Below are positions 41,928 through 57,099 of a stretch of 64,000 bases of DNA, one piece after another. The notes below the pieces were generated by a model. That model was not told the origin of the DNA and made no database searches. It was given only the letters and a program-made list of their open reading frames with translations. The stretch comes from Camelus dromedarius (lineage: Eukaryota): assembly GCF_036321535.1 (NCBI RefSeq), contig NC_087447.1, forward strand, positions 41,852,001-41,916,000. The letters run 5' to 3'. A program made the translations under genes and the position numbers. Each line of letters starts with the position of its first letter. Within the stretch, counting starts at the first letter, position 1.

Positions 41928-43095
41928 TAGTTGTCATTATTGATTTATATTATTGTATAAATCTGTTTTGAATGAACCATGGTAACAAGTTCTTTGTATT
42001 TAACGTATCTTTAAATTGAGTAGAGTAGGAATTCATCGATAAACTAAAATTAATGTGAGCAGAAGAAACGTATTTCATGTTGGATGAAATAAATACCTAA
42101 GTTAATACAACTATTTAAACTTCTAAGGGTGTAGTGTTTGGTTTAAAATAGGTCCTATGTTTACTGACTCCAAAATTTATGAATCCTAAAGAAGTCATTT
42201 GATTACCTGTAGCAAATTTAAAATGCGTTAGTAATATAAAAACTTTGTATTTTTTACTCACCTTCTTTTGAGGAGTCGAGGTTCAAGGAAATAGGATGGA
42301 TATTTGCAATTTTAAATAGTTCTGATCATACTACTACCATCATAGCTTTAAAATATTGTTTACGTGTAGATATTTTACTTTTTAGACACTTAGACTTTCA
42401 AATGTAAAAAAATTACTTTAGTTATAAATACATTTAAGCTTTAAAAGAAGAGGGCTTGTTTTTATTATTTCAGCTGCTGTCTTTGGTAACAGTAATGTTG
42501 ACCATTGTCCATAATCCCAGATCTTCTTTGGAAAGTATAAATCATACCTTAAACTTGTTCAAGGATTTGGGAAATTATTACATAATTTCTGGGGAACTTT
42601 TCCATATTGTTGAGATTATACATATTCTTACTATCAAGGTTTCAGTGACAATGGGTAACTCCTAACAAATACTGATTTTTCAGTAATAAGTTTCAATAAA
42701 CTGTAAGATACAGAAGGATTGCATTTTGTATTCCATTTTACCACCTACCTTCTTCTGAGCTTAAAGTATTAATCATAATTTTGTCTCTATTGTGCTATTC
42801 TTTGTGATAATTCACATAAGTTAAACTTTTCTGTAGAATAAATGTTCTGAATTTATAAGAATCACAAAACAAGATAAAGTCTTTAAATTTTTATCTTGAA
42901 ATGTGGGATTTTGCACGGTAAGTTGAGACAGAAACAGTTTTAAACCCTACAAATTTGCTAGAGTGGTTATCTGAGCACAAACACCTGTTTTACGAATTAT
43001 GGATTTCTGTTCTTTATAAACTCATCTCAAAAGCTCATTTAGAGTTTCTGGTTCTGGAGGAAAATTTAATAAACTTAATAACATTTGCTGCTTAA

Positions 43096-43404
<309 letters not shown>

Positions 43405-45006
43405 TAATTTATGAAGAAAAGGGGAAAGAAAGAATTCTTTAAATATTTTTGTTTTAAAGAGGATCTTAGTTTAGTTAAGCGTTGTCCCTATGGTCTGCCT
43501 TCTAAGAGAGACCCAAGATTCCATTCTTTTCTTAGGTCATGAGGTTAATTTTAACGCAGGGTTCACCTTTCACATAGCGTAATTAGAAGTCATATTTTGT
43601 GTAACTTGAACTCTAGCTTACACACTCTTGGAAGTACACTTTTTAAGTTGAATTTTAAAATGTGTTCTTTCCACCTTTCTTATTCCTCTACATGGTTATA
43701 CCTCATTTTATTAACTTAAAAATTTTTTTCAGTGATAAAAAAATTAGGAGATTACATTAAAAGAAAACTGTCAACATAATTCTCTGTAATATTGTAACTA
43801 CTTCTGGATAGAATAATTCATTTCTTAATTTCCCTGGATAATAGCAGTTGTGCATGGTCTTAAAACCACTGTGTGTGTTGTATGTACTCCTTAACAGAAT
43901 AGTTTGCAATTAAGAAAGAAGAGGGCTTATTTTTCTCATTTCAGTTTGCTGTCTTTCGTAATAATAATGTTGACCACTGTCCAAAATCACAGATACTCTT
44001 TGGAAAGTAGAACCTATACCTTAACATTTCCCAAGGATTTTTGTCATAGGTTGAGTTCATGAGGACATTAAACTCTTTTACTGAAAGAAAACTTTCTCAA
44101 AGTGGCATGTTTTTCATCTTCTTTATGTCTTGAAATTTTCATATTCATCTCTGAACTAGGAAAATAGGAACCTCGGCTACTATTACTTAATGTTTCTAGG
44201 GAACTTTTGCCTTTTTTTTTTAAGGCTTATTGTTTTTATTTTCACGTTGGTTGAATCTTAAGTTGAATATAATTTTTGTTTTTTATACACAAGAAAATAC
44301 TTCATGTACCTCTGAAATGAGACCGGTAGGGAATGTGTCCAGTGCAAACATCCGAGCAGAGCCCTGCCCTGATTGTCATCCCGGCCCAGCGTGGGTGACA
44401 CTGGGGAAAAGCGGCGGGCCGCCAGGCTCTGCAAGGGCTCCTTTTCTTAAGTCCTAAAATTGATTAGTTGATCACTTATTTTGCTTATTCTTATGTAATA
44501 TTGACAAAGAGGACAGCCCTCTAAAAGTTACATTGTTTCTTCTTAGTCTGAACAGAGATGTTACTTACAATGAAATTGGCTGTTGTTTGGTTTTTGGGGT
44601 TTTTTTTTTTTCTTGCCTTTGCCTTTTTAACTGTCTGCTGTCTTTCCTAGTATCTTTTGGTTACTGTTAATTTTTTTTTCCCTCCTATTCTCTCCTCCCT
44701 CATTCTCCTATTTCTGTTCCAATGGCAAAATATGAAATGTGAGTTTAGTCACAATTGGACCTGAACTTTAATGCAGTCAAATTGTTTTATGAGCCTTTAT
44801 TATGAGGCAGTTTTTTGTTGATATGATTTTATTTTATTTTAATTAAAAAATGCTTTTTCATTGTGGCCACTAGAAATTTTAAAATACACATGTGGTTCAT
44901 ATTATTATGCTTCTTTTATTTTTCTGGTTTTATTGAGATATAACTGGCTTATAAATATTGACTTTTAACATTTTACTATTTTTTAGTTAAGTATTATTAT
45001 CAGTGA

Positions 45007-45471
<465 letters not shown>

Positions 45472-46989
45472 TGATATATAAAATATGTAATTATGTGGGT
45501 TCTAATCTTAACTAGTGCTTATTCTTTTTCTTTCTTTTTTTTTTTTTTTAATTTTTAACCCAGGCCCCCTTTTGCTCTGGAGTCAATCAGCCTTTTAGAA
45601 AGTACACATATTTTCATTCTGCTTTAAAAGATGAATAGGTGTAGTATATTTTGCTTTTCCTTAGATGAACTGCTTTTATAGAAACCTTGTCAGATAGAAC
45701 TAAAAGTCCCATCCTTTTCATTCTACCATCTGTATTAGGACTTTATCTCTAATTTTCTAGCAATGACTAGGATAAAGAATTAGGAATAGGACACTAGAAA
45801 GTGCCTTCTGTACATTGGATAGCTTATACTTCATTAAAGGAGTAATATAACTTAAAAGTAAGGGTGTTTCAGACCAGGGCTGCCAGAGATTGCCACTTAC
45901 TTTACCTCTTACTTGTCCTTTATATGTACCTATGTATGAGTGTCCCACTCTCTTTGATACTGTCATTGTTTTCCAACTGTGTTTGTCTTTTTCTAGTTGA
46001 ACTGAAACCTTCCCTTTCCTGGAGCTCCTACTCTACTTCTCCAGAATTCTTATTTCCTTACACAACAGTTCTACCTTCTTGATTCCCTCCTACCTCACGT
46101 TGAATTTTACTCCCTGCTCAACTCTGAAATTTATCACTCTTTTTTCATCAGTGTCCCCATCCTTATTCTTCTGCTGTGACTTCAGTCAAATTTAGAAAGC
46201 CTTAGAAGAAATTAATGTAAATACAAATAGAGTTTTCTAGTATCCCAGTAAACATAAATGGTGATACCAGTCCCCAAGTAGTAGTTCTTCCCCATTATAT
46301 CTGCCTCCCCTTCAGAATTTAAACTCTTAAAAATTACATAGGTCTTCTCTCCCCTCCTGCCCCCCAGGAAGTTTCTACACATTGAGTCATCTCAACTAAG
46401 TTTAATTAAGGCTATTTTCTTTAATGTGTGAAATAGGTACTCTCTTCCTGGTGGCACTTACTTCTCCAAAGAATATCCTGTTGATTAAAACCTCCCTCCA
46501 CAAACTTTTGGAAATTTTAGGGGTTCAAAGATTATCTTCAGCCTGTCCATGGTCCCTGCTAATCACTGACTTAATTGATTTTAGCCAAGCACTATTCACC
46601 TGACCTTTTTCATTTAGAAAGGGCTCTATACCTCTAAAGAGTCAACCAAAGATAAAATTTACCATGAAGAGGAGTAGAAGGATATGACACAAACAAAATT
46701 TCACATTCCCAAATGCTATCATTTATCTTATACTTAATGAATGCCTTATAAACCTCTTACGCTTTTGAGTTTTTACAGTGGTTTTAAGGGGAGGGCAGGG
46801 ATTGTTATTGGCATTAATACCCAGGACCCAGGCGATATTAAACATTCTTAATGCATGACATACATGCATCAGAAGAATTTTTCCTTAAATACCAGTAGCA
46901 CTCCCACCAAGAAAAACTGCTGTAGATAAACATTTATAAAACCTGGACCTCTCTTCCAGTAATGGTGTCTTATGTAATTCAGACTCGCC

Positions 46990-49490
46990 CTCTTAACAGT
47001 GACTACTAGGAAAGTGATACAAATATAAACAACATCTACTTGAAAGCATCAGAGGTAATAAATAATGATCAAACCACAGTCCAAGAGAAGAAGAAAACCT
47101 AGAGAAGTGAGCCAGACATTTGTCACCACTTTTTCCCAAGCACCTCTTGATTTTGGAAGAAGTTACTGAAAAACTGATCAGCACTATTGATATACCTTGG
47201 GGAAGAGGAAAATTGGAGTTCAGGTTTTACCAAGGGAGATTCTTATATAAAACTCTTATGCTTTGAGTTGGGACCATGAAGGACTACAACATAGGAGTGG
47301 GTAAATCACAAGCAGACAGTCCTCCTGAGGAACTGAAGTACAGATTGAAGTCATCTCAGTTCTTTGAAGTGGATTGAAATGATCCTTGATGCTTCTCTCT
47401 CTAGCCATATAGTAGGAATGAAAGTAAATCCTCTCTGGAGCAAGATAACTACATTCTAAGCCTCCAGTATGTCTACAGATTTAATATGTATGCTCAGCAC
47501 TCAATCAAAAGCAACCCAGAAACATGGGGACTAAAGTTATCTGAAAATAATATAAAAGAAACCGTAGACAATATAAAAGGTCCACAGGGGCACCAAAAAT
47601 AGTTATCAGATATTAAAATAGCTGTGCTTAAATAGTGAAGGAGAGAAACAGTCAAGAATGAGAATTTGGGGAGTGCTGTCAGCAAGATGGCAGAATAGGA
47701 AGTCCCAATCCTTGTTCTCCTGCAAAAACATCAATTTAACAATGATATACAGACCAGAATACCTTTGTGAGAATTCTAGAAGCCAGTTAAAAAGTTATGG
47801 TACTCCAGATGATCACAAGAGCTAAGAACAGCCACATTGAAATGGTAAGAAGAACAAGGTCACTTTACCTGGTCAGCCTCCCCCCAAAGCTAGCACAACT
47901 CAGTACTGGGAGAGAATGCCCAGCTTACAGCTTTTCCTTGGAGGAAGGGGAAGGAGAATAGTGAAGTATCCATCCAATGATCTGGATTTATAGAGGGCTG
48001 CCCGAGGAACTGGTTTCTGAATTGCCTCATTAAGAGCACTGACAGAATTAACATAGTTTGGATGCCTGAGGGCCACTGAGAGCAAAGAGGAGTGAGGGGT
48101 AGCTTGTTGCATTGGGAGATGGCACACCATCCATTGGGAAGGAGCGTTAGCATTCCAACTTTTTCAGAGGACTGCCTGAAGTGGAGGAATTGGAACTTTA
48201 GTTCACTGCTAATGGGAATGTGAATGGGAGAGCTACCTTGGAGTAAAGTTTGGCTTTTTAAAAAGGTTAAACCAAATAATCCAGCCATTCCACTCCTAGG
48301 CATTTACTTAAGGAAAATGATAGCATTGTCCATAAAAATATTTGTGAATGTTCATACCCATATTTTTATAATAGTGAAAAACTGGAAACAAGCTCAATGT
48401 CCATAAACGGTAATGAATAATGGTGATAGTAATGGATAAATAATTTGCAGTATATCCATACAATGGAATACTACTAAGCAATATAAAGAAATGAATTATT
48501 GATACATATTACCACATGGATTAATCTGAAAATAATTATGCTCAATGAAAAAAATCAGACAAAAAAGAATACATACTGTAAAATTCAGTTTCTCTAAAGT
48601 TCTAGGAGAGCTTCAAAAATTACACTAATTGCAACTGGTTGAAACCCAGAAAATATTTTTAAATCCTATTATCATAATAATATTATCATAATAATATTAA
48701 AATTAAAAAATTATTACCTCACGTTATGACAGGGAAATGATTTGTTATCTTGAAAACTCATCAATAACAGAAAGGAATCAAGCATTTATTCTGCCTTGCT
48801 TGTATGAACTATAGTACAGGGTAACCCAATAGTAGACGAGGGGAATTGTCTGTTCTTAGAAGTATTCTATCAATAAATGAAAAAGAAGTTATTGAAATAG
48901 GGCATCATCATTTCACAACCCCCAGTAAATGAAGATCTAAGCATCAAGAACTCTTATCACAAGAAGAAAAATAAGCTGATATTATATGTCTACCTGTATT
49001 TTTGCCAGAGAGATTAAATCTGATACTGCTCACAGGAAATACAGAAATGGGGAACACATTGCACTGAGAGACTGCAATTGGCAAAATCTAGGCTCTCAGA
49101 AACTATCAGTCAAATGTCCAGGTTCTTTGACAAATAAATTATATTATGAGGAATGGAAAGGAAGGGAGAAGGAACTTCTAGATTAAAAGAGATTTAAAAC
49201 ACATCCCATTTTTAATAGAGTGAGATTGAACTATAGCGTCTAGGGATGCACACTTGGGTGATAAAAATGCCTATAGGAAAAATCAGGAAAATGGTTAATA
49301 AAGTCAAGATAATGGTTACTTATGGTAGTAGAGAGGTGGCTGTGATTAGAGGCAAATAGAAGGGGCTTCTAGGGTTGCTGGCAAAGTTCTTTCTTGACCG
49401 AGGTAGTGTTTGTAAGATAATTTCTTAAGCCGTTCATTTGATTTGTGTGTTTTCCTGTATTTGTGTTTTATCTTACAATGAAAATGGAAA
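46990..49490 (+). mobile_element. Cluster of old L1 fragments (5'UTR at ~47670-48240, ORF2 end, L1MC-type 3'UTR)
   Basis: caagatggcagaatagga 5'UTR motif; PAIPLLGIY peptide in ORF 48224..48406. Confidence 0.7.
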
Positions 49491-50859
49491 CTTGAATAGC
49501 TGTTTAGCTCTTCATATGTATACCTTTTATATTTAAAAAAAGTACAATGTTGACCAAATTGGAGATTTTATCCTCAGATAACAAAAAGTCTAGTGGTAGG
49601 CAGGGACCGATGTATTGATTCTCAGATATCTTCAGGGATATGGAAATTCTACTCTGTGTTTTTCCCTTGTTTGTTAACAGGGAGTTTTCCATTATTAGCC
49701 TGGGAGTTTCAAGATCTGCCTTGTCTTATTCTTTGCGTCCTCTATATCTGGCATAGTGCCTTGGGCACAGAAAATCTCAATATTTGTTGAATAAATTAAT
49801 AGCCAGCCATAAAGAAAATGGCAATCATATCTCCTAGGAGAGTTCTTTGTCTGGTTGAAGTGTGCCAGAACACATGATGATTAGCCATTTGAATGTCAAA
49901 TTTCATTATTTTACTCTCTAGTATTTTGAACTTAATTATCTTTTGCTTACATATTCAAAATTTAATTTTTCAGAGAAAGAATGAGGAAAAGATAAGCAAG
50001 GAAAGGAGAAAGAAAGATGCCTCCAAAACAGCATTGTATGCAGAGTTGTAGCTCCCAGAGCATGTGGTACTGATAATTCTGTCTAAAGGCATGCTCTTAT
50101 CACTGGTCATTTTGGTTGGGCTGTTGTTAAAGGCCAATATTAGACCATTATCAGAGTTCATTACCTGGGTTGGGGGTGGGGAAGTGGTGGTGGATTTTAC
50201 AAAGTACAGACAGGAAGCAGATGAGACTATAAGATTCTTTTGTAGCCTTGACTAGTTTTCCTGTGAAAGGTCTAAATGTAATGATAACATTTCCTTGGTT
50301 CTTTTCTCCAAGGATTGTTTTGATAATGAATTTGTTTTCCACAGTTTCAGAGGTCTCTGTGTTGGCCTGAAATAGTTATGTGGACTTCTGCCATCATCTA
50401 TCTCATTCCTTATATTTTCTGTTAGCCACCTTCGTCTCCAACTTGCCTTCTATTTTATTTGTTTGTATCTTTTTGTAGTCTGTGTGAATTGTTTTTGTTA
50501 CCTGAACATTTGTGCTTTAAGTGTGGAAAACTGTGGGGGGTTTTTTATGTTAATAAGATTGTATTCACAAGAACTGGTTTTTATAGCCCCTCTGATTGTT
50601 TAATCTCGTCTATAGCTGTTTAAGTCAGGTATCCCTCCTTGACCCAAATAATTTTGTGAAATTCTCATGACAGTTTTTGTCATATATGTTCACTTATAAT
50701 TTGGATTTTAACTACATACTAGTTTTAGAATAGTTATTTCCCAGTTTTTGTAGTATACTATTTATTAGACATTTTTAAAGTCACAGACTAAAATAATCTT
50801 GGGCCTAGCCATCATTCCTCTGTTTCCATAGTAAAACAAAATTAGTCATGTATCATCTG

Positions 50860-52839
50860 TGTTTATTGAGATATTATTGACAGATAACATGTAAGTTCAA
50901 AGTTTACAGTGTGATGATTTGATGCTTATATATATTGCAAAATATTACCACAATAAGATTAGTTGACACTTGTATCCCTCACGTAACTGTCATTTCTGTG
51001 TATGTGCTGATAACATATTAACATCTACTCCCTTCACAGTTTTCAAGTGTATAATATAGTGTTGTTAATTATAGTCACCATGCTGTTCATTAGATCCCCA
51101 GAATTTATTCATCTTATACCTGGAATTTATACCATTTGACCAATAGCTTCCCACTTCTGCCACCACGTAGGCCTTGGCAACCACCATTCTACTCTTTATT
51201 TCTATGAGTTCAGCTTTTTTAGATTCCATATATAAGTGAGAATATAGTGTATTTCTCTTTCTCTGTCTGGCTTGTTTCACTTAGCATAGTGCAGGCAAGG
51301 TCTATCCATGTTGTCATGAAAAGCAGGGTTTCCTTCTTTTTATGGTTGAATAATATTCCATTGTATTATATATACAATATTTTCTTTTTCTATTCATGTG
51401 TTGGTGGACACAACAGATGAATGTTTCCATATCTTGGCTGTTGTGAATAATGCTACAATGAACACATGAGTGTAGATACCTCTTTAAGATAGTTATTCCA
51501 TTTCCTTTGGTTATATAGGATTGCTAGACCATATGGTAGTTCTGTTTTTCATTTTTTTTGAGGAAACTTCATGACATTTTCCTTCATCCTTGTTCAATTT
51601 ACATTCCCACCAACAGAGCACAAGAATTCCCTTTCCTCTTTTGATAATACTTATTTAAGCTCTTATAAAATGGTATCTCATTGTGGTTTTCATTTGCATT
51701 TCCCTGATGATTAGTGAAGTTAAGCATCTTTTGATATACCTTTTGGCATTCATATGTTTTCTTTGGGAAAAATGTTCAAGTCCTTTTCCTACTTTTTACT
51801 TTTTTTTTTTTTTTGGCTATTGAGTTGTACGAGTTCCTTTTATATTTTAGATGTTAATTTCTTACCAAATAGGTGGTTTGCCTATGTTTTCTCTTATCCC
51901 ATAGATTTCCTATTTATTTTGTTTATTTTGCTGTTTAGAAACTTTTTAGTTGGTGTAGTCCCACTTGTTTATTTTTGCTTTTGCTGCTTGAGCTTTTGGT
52001 GTCACGTACCAAAAAATCATTGGCAAGACCAAGGTCAGGAAGCTTTTCCCCTCTTTTCTTCTAATAGTTTTATAGTTTTAGTTCTTACATTTACATATTT
52101 AATCCATTTCATTTTTTTTTGAATGGTATGAGGTAAGGGTCCAATTTCATTTTTTTGCATGTGACTATCCAATTTTTCCAGCACCATTTATTGAAGAGAC
52201 TGTCCTTTCCCCAATGAATATTTTTGGCTTCTTTGTCAAATATTAGTTGATAGTGTATGTGTAAGTTTCTTTCTACACTCTCAATTTTATTTAATTGATT
52301 TATGTGTCTGTTTGTCTGCCAATACTATACTGTTTTGATTACTGTAGCTTTGTAATAGTTTAAAATCAGGTATTGTGATAATTGCAGCTTTGTTCTTTCT
52401 CAGGATTGCTTTGGCTATCCAGGGACTTTGTTTCCAATGAAGTTTAGGATTGATTTTTTTTCTATTTCTATGAAAAATATCATTAGAATTTTTTACCCCC
52501 CTCCCGAAGACTTTTTTTTTAAACATTTTTTAATTGAGTTATAGTCATTTTACAATGTTGTGTCAAATTCCAGTGTAGAGCACAACTTTTCAGTTTTACA
52601 TGAACATACATATGTTCATTGTCACATTTTTTTTTTTGCTGTGAGCTACCACAAGATCTTGTATGTATTTCCCTGTGCTATACAGTATAATTTTGTTTAT
52701 CTGTTCTGCATATGCCTGTCACTATCTACAAATTTTGAACTCCCAGTCTGTCCCTTCCCACCCCCCGCCCCCTTGGCAACCACAAGTTTGTATTCTGTGT
52801 CTATGAATCTGTTTCTGTTTTGTATTTATGTTTCTTTTC

Positions 52840-52890
<51 letters not shown>

Positions 52891-53970
52891 TTGCACATAT
52901 GAGCGATCTCATATGGTATTTTTCTCTCTCTTTCTGGCTTACTACTTTACTTAGAGTGACATTCTCCAGGGACATCCATGTTGCTGCAAATGGCGTTATG
53001 TTGTCATTTTTATGGCTGAATAGTATTCCATTGTATAAATATACCACCTCTTCTTTATCCAGTCATCTGTTGATGGATATTTAGGCTGTTTCCATGTCTT
53101 GGCTATTGTAAATAGTGCTGCTGTGAACGTTGGGGTGCAGGTGTCATTTTGAAGTAGGGTTCCTTATGGATATATGCCCAGGAGTTGGATTCCTGGGTCA
53201 TATGGTAAGTCGATTCCTACTCTTTTGAGGAATCTCCATAGTGTTTTCCACAGTGGCTGCACCAAACTGCATTCCCACCAGCAATGTAGGAGGGTTCCCT
53301 TTTCTCCACAGCCTCTACAGCATTTCTCATTTGTGGACTTTTGAATGATGGCCATTCTGACTGGTGTGAGGTGATACCTCATCATAGTTTTGATTTGCAT
53401 TTCTCTGATAATTAGTGATACTGAGCATTTTTTCACGTGCCTATTGATTATTTTGTATTTCTTCCTTGGAGAATTGCTTGTTTAGGTCTTCTGCCCATTT
53501 TTGGGTTGGGTTGTTAGTTTCTTTCTTATTCAGTCATACGAGCTGCTTATATATTCTGGAGATCAAGCTTTTGTCAGTTTCATTTGCAAAAATTTTCTCC
53601 CATTCCATAGGTTGTCGTTTTGTTTTACTTATGTGCACAAGCTTGTAAGTTTCATTAGGTCCCATTTGTTTATTCTTGCTTTTATTTCTATTGCTTGGGT
53701 AGACTGTCCTAGGAGAACATTTTTGAGATGTATGTGAGATAATGTTTTGCCTATATTTTCTTCTAGGAAGTTTATTGTATCTTGTCTTATGTTTAAGTCT
53801 GATCCATTTTGAGTTTATTTTTGTGTATGGTGTAAGGGAGTGTTCTAGCTTCATTGATTTACTTGCTGCTGTCCAGTTTTCCCAACCCCATTTGCTGAAG
53901 AGACTTCTCTAAGACTTTTGATTGCATTGAATCTGTAGGTGGTTTGAGGTACTATGGAGATTTTAACAAC
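50860..53970 (-). mobile_element. Older L1 3' portion, host of a nested younger L1
   Basis: Antisense 3'UTR/ORF2 motifs; ORF 52287..52526(-) PWIAKAILRKNKAAIITIPDFKL. Confidence 0.85.
52516..53910 (-). mobile_element. Young L1 3' portion nested in the older L1
   Basis: ORF 53164..53436(-) [31 protein letters not shown]; flanking AAGACTTTT at 52507-52515 and 53911-53919. Confidence 0.88.
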
Positions 53971-56900
53971 ATTTAAAAACATTTAACAATTAACAATTAT
54001 TAATAATTTTAAGGGAAAATTTTTGACATCCTCTCTTTTTGCCTTCCTCTGGAAAAACTTCTGTCTGTAATGCTATACAATTATTCTTGAAGTGACATTA
54101 ACTTTTATAAGAGTATCAAGAATAATTTATGTTCCTAAAATAGGAGAAGAATGCCAGAGGAAAGAGTGAAGGCTTGGGTTGTGCAAAATTGTTCTCTTTA
54201 AAGGTAACACATTTAAGAAGAATATATTGATTGGTAAATTTATGAACCACATGATTAATGCATCAATTGTAGAAATTTTTGTTCTTTTTCCTTAAATGAT
54301 CAGTATCTAGTGCCTTGGATCATAATGCTATTTTCATTTGATTTCCTAGCTTTTTCATATAGCACTATTACTTGGTTTAATCTTATTCTCAATTATAATG
54401 GGAAAAAATGAAGTGTCATTTTCTTTCTCAAAATATGTAGTTAAAAAGATAGTTGGAGAATTTGTGTGCACAAGGGTTTAGACTAGTTACTATGAATGGC
54501 ATATTGAGCTCTAGGTAGAAAAGGAGGAAATAGGACTTTTAGTGTTTTATTGTAACTATATTTATAATTAATCATTTTTTGACAGCTTGAATGTTAGGTA
54601 TTTGTCTTGGGGATTTGAAACAAATTAAATCTTCTCACTCTTCTGTTCTGGAGCACTTTTCTGAAAAAAATTATTACCATGTGTACTCTATTCCATGGTT
54701 CTAAGGATTTCTAGGAAAGACTTTCAATTTAATTTTTTTGTAGTAAACACCAAAAGAATTAAAAACTAGTGGAAAAACAGATATGTTTTAAAAATTAAAA
54801 TACAATATAATTAGCACAATAATAGAATGCCAAGAATAATACAGTGTAATTAGTGCAATACTAGAGCTACCAAGAGCCAACTCTTACTAGCTATAAAAGA
54901 GGAAAAAGGACATCCCAGGCAGAAAGAACGTAAGCAGTGGTATAGAGCCATGAAAGGCCTTCATTAAATACTAAGATGTTTGATGAAGCTTGAGTGTTCA
55001 GAAGTAGTCAGAATGTTATTAGGAAATTGCTTGCTTTAAAAAAAAATTAAACATTAAATATTTATGCTGGTTTTGTAAAGGAAGCCATTTTTAAAATAAT
55101 AAAGATTGACAGTCATTGACCAATGGGGTACTTGTTGACTAGTGTACTACGCTTGCTAGAATTACACATAAAAAAAGTATGTGTTTGATACATGATATCA
55201 TTTGAGGATAATTCGGAAGAATCCTGATTAAAAACTCTTCTCCATTTTCCTTTTATGATGTTTAAATGCTATCATTAAATAGCTACCTCTGTCTTTGAAC
55301 TGAGTTATTTTTTAATGAACGCAAATGCTTTGAGGCAAGATAGCCATTAACTATTATCCTTCATTGTCACAAAGTTCTTGTCTAAAATTTCATTTTGCTC
55401 TTTAAGCACTTTAGAGATTAATATTCTTATAAAATGTGATTATTCCAGTAGTTAAGTATGCAGTTTACAAATGGTGGCAGGATGAATTATCCTCTTTTCT
55501 ATGCTCTGTAGCATTTTGTACAGGTCTATTTTGTTGCATATTAACTATTTGTTTACCAATCTGCCAACTTCACTGAGTTGTGAAGATTACCACATTGCTG
55601 AACTCTACTTATAAGCATGTAAAGTGTATTTAATTCATGTCACATTCAAGGGAGTAAGCCCCTGTCTGTAACCACTAAAATATACCTATGTACAGTTGCT
55701 GAATTCAGTTACATTTCTTAATTAATTTTTACTTAGAAGATTTCCATTTATAACATCTTTGGAAATAATATACTGAATTTTTAACAAGTATTAAACTTTG
55801 CTTCTCGGTGATAGTTACAAAACTAGACTATATTATCTATATAAAGCTTTAGTTAATCTGTGAGGGTAGGAATATTGTTTTTCATTACTGTACTCCTGGT
55901 GCCTGGAGCACAGTAGCTATTCAACAACTGTTGATCAAATGAATGAGAAATCTCATTTTTTATGACTTGTATTAAGCCTTGACGACTATTAAAATTTTTT
56001 TCCATTGTGGGTTGACAGAACTATAATAAATTGTTTAATGCTTTCTGAAATATAGCCTGTTTTGAAAACCATGGCCTTTAATTCCTCAATTTGCCCATTT
56101 GAAAGCTGAGACACAGTGTTCTATTTATGCAACATACATTATTCACAGAAGGGGAAGATTCTGGAGAAAAGTTTTTGGTGTTGTTTTTTCAAAACAGGAA
56201 ACAAATACATTTGTTAATGTTTGATGCTATGAATTTTAGAACTTTAACCCCTAAAGAAAAGTTAAGATCAGGAAGTAATTTTTCAGAATGTTTTACTATT
56301 TGAATAATCAACAGGATGTGTATGTACTGTTGTAGTTAAATCAGTAGTAATTATCACTGGAATGTTTGTTTTCATATCATCTTCTCTACTGTTGTTGTGT
56401 AGCTTTGTATGGACATTGGCTACCGAAGACTAGGAAGCAATTCAAGGTTAAGTAGAAGACTGATTATGACTAGTAGTTCAAGGAAATTGAATTTCTAAAT
56501 AACTGTAGCTACGAACACAGCAACAAGTGTCGCTGGTTAGGAACAAAAACTTAATGTAATTTCTTAAAATATTTGATATTGTGAATTATCTAAAAACTAA
56601 GAAAGCAGATGATATTTAAAAATATAAAATTTAAGCAATACTTCAGTTAGTCATGGGTAAGTTATTCTATATTACGTTAAATAATTTTCTGGATAATGAA
56701 AAACTTGCCCTTGAAACACTAGAATATTGTCTCTAGCTCATTTCTAATACATTACTTTCTTAGTGAATATAGTGTAATATTTCACCCCTTGATATCACAA
56801 ATTGATTGTTTTTAATGATATATGTAGGATAGAGTCCCTTACAACTGCATGCCTTCTTCCTTCTTTGCAATTTTTCTAGTGCTAATTGATGCGGACTGTG

Positions 56901-57099
56901 AACTTTATTTTCTGATGGATTATCTTTTTTGTGGGGGATTACAAAGGGTTCAGGTAGGAATGGAGAGGGAAATGTTCTTCCTCAGTCTTCAGAAAAAAAA
57001 GCTTAGACTCCTTCCCAAGATATACAAATTCTTCATGAACCTGCCCTTGGCAGAGAAAGTGCTGGATTTGGGAAATCATTTTATAGTCATTATAGTGAA

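Noticed and set aside
48665..48700. Short tandem duplications (tattatcataataa x2; similar ones at ~20560-20610 and ~38540-38570)
   Set aside because: Ordinary slippage duplications, not an array; no CRISPR-like repeat-spacer structure anywhere in the window.
56403..56446. Possible 44-nt cassette or terminal exon in intron 6 (tgtgtag|CTTTG...TTCAAG|gttaag), open in phase 1
   Set aside because: Weak donor and acceptor, it would shift frame, and there is no other support.
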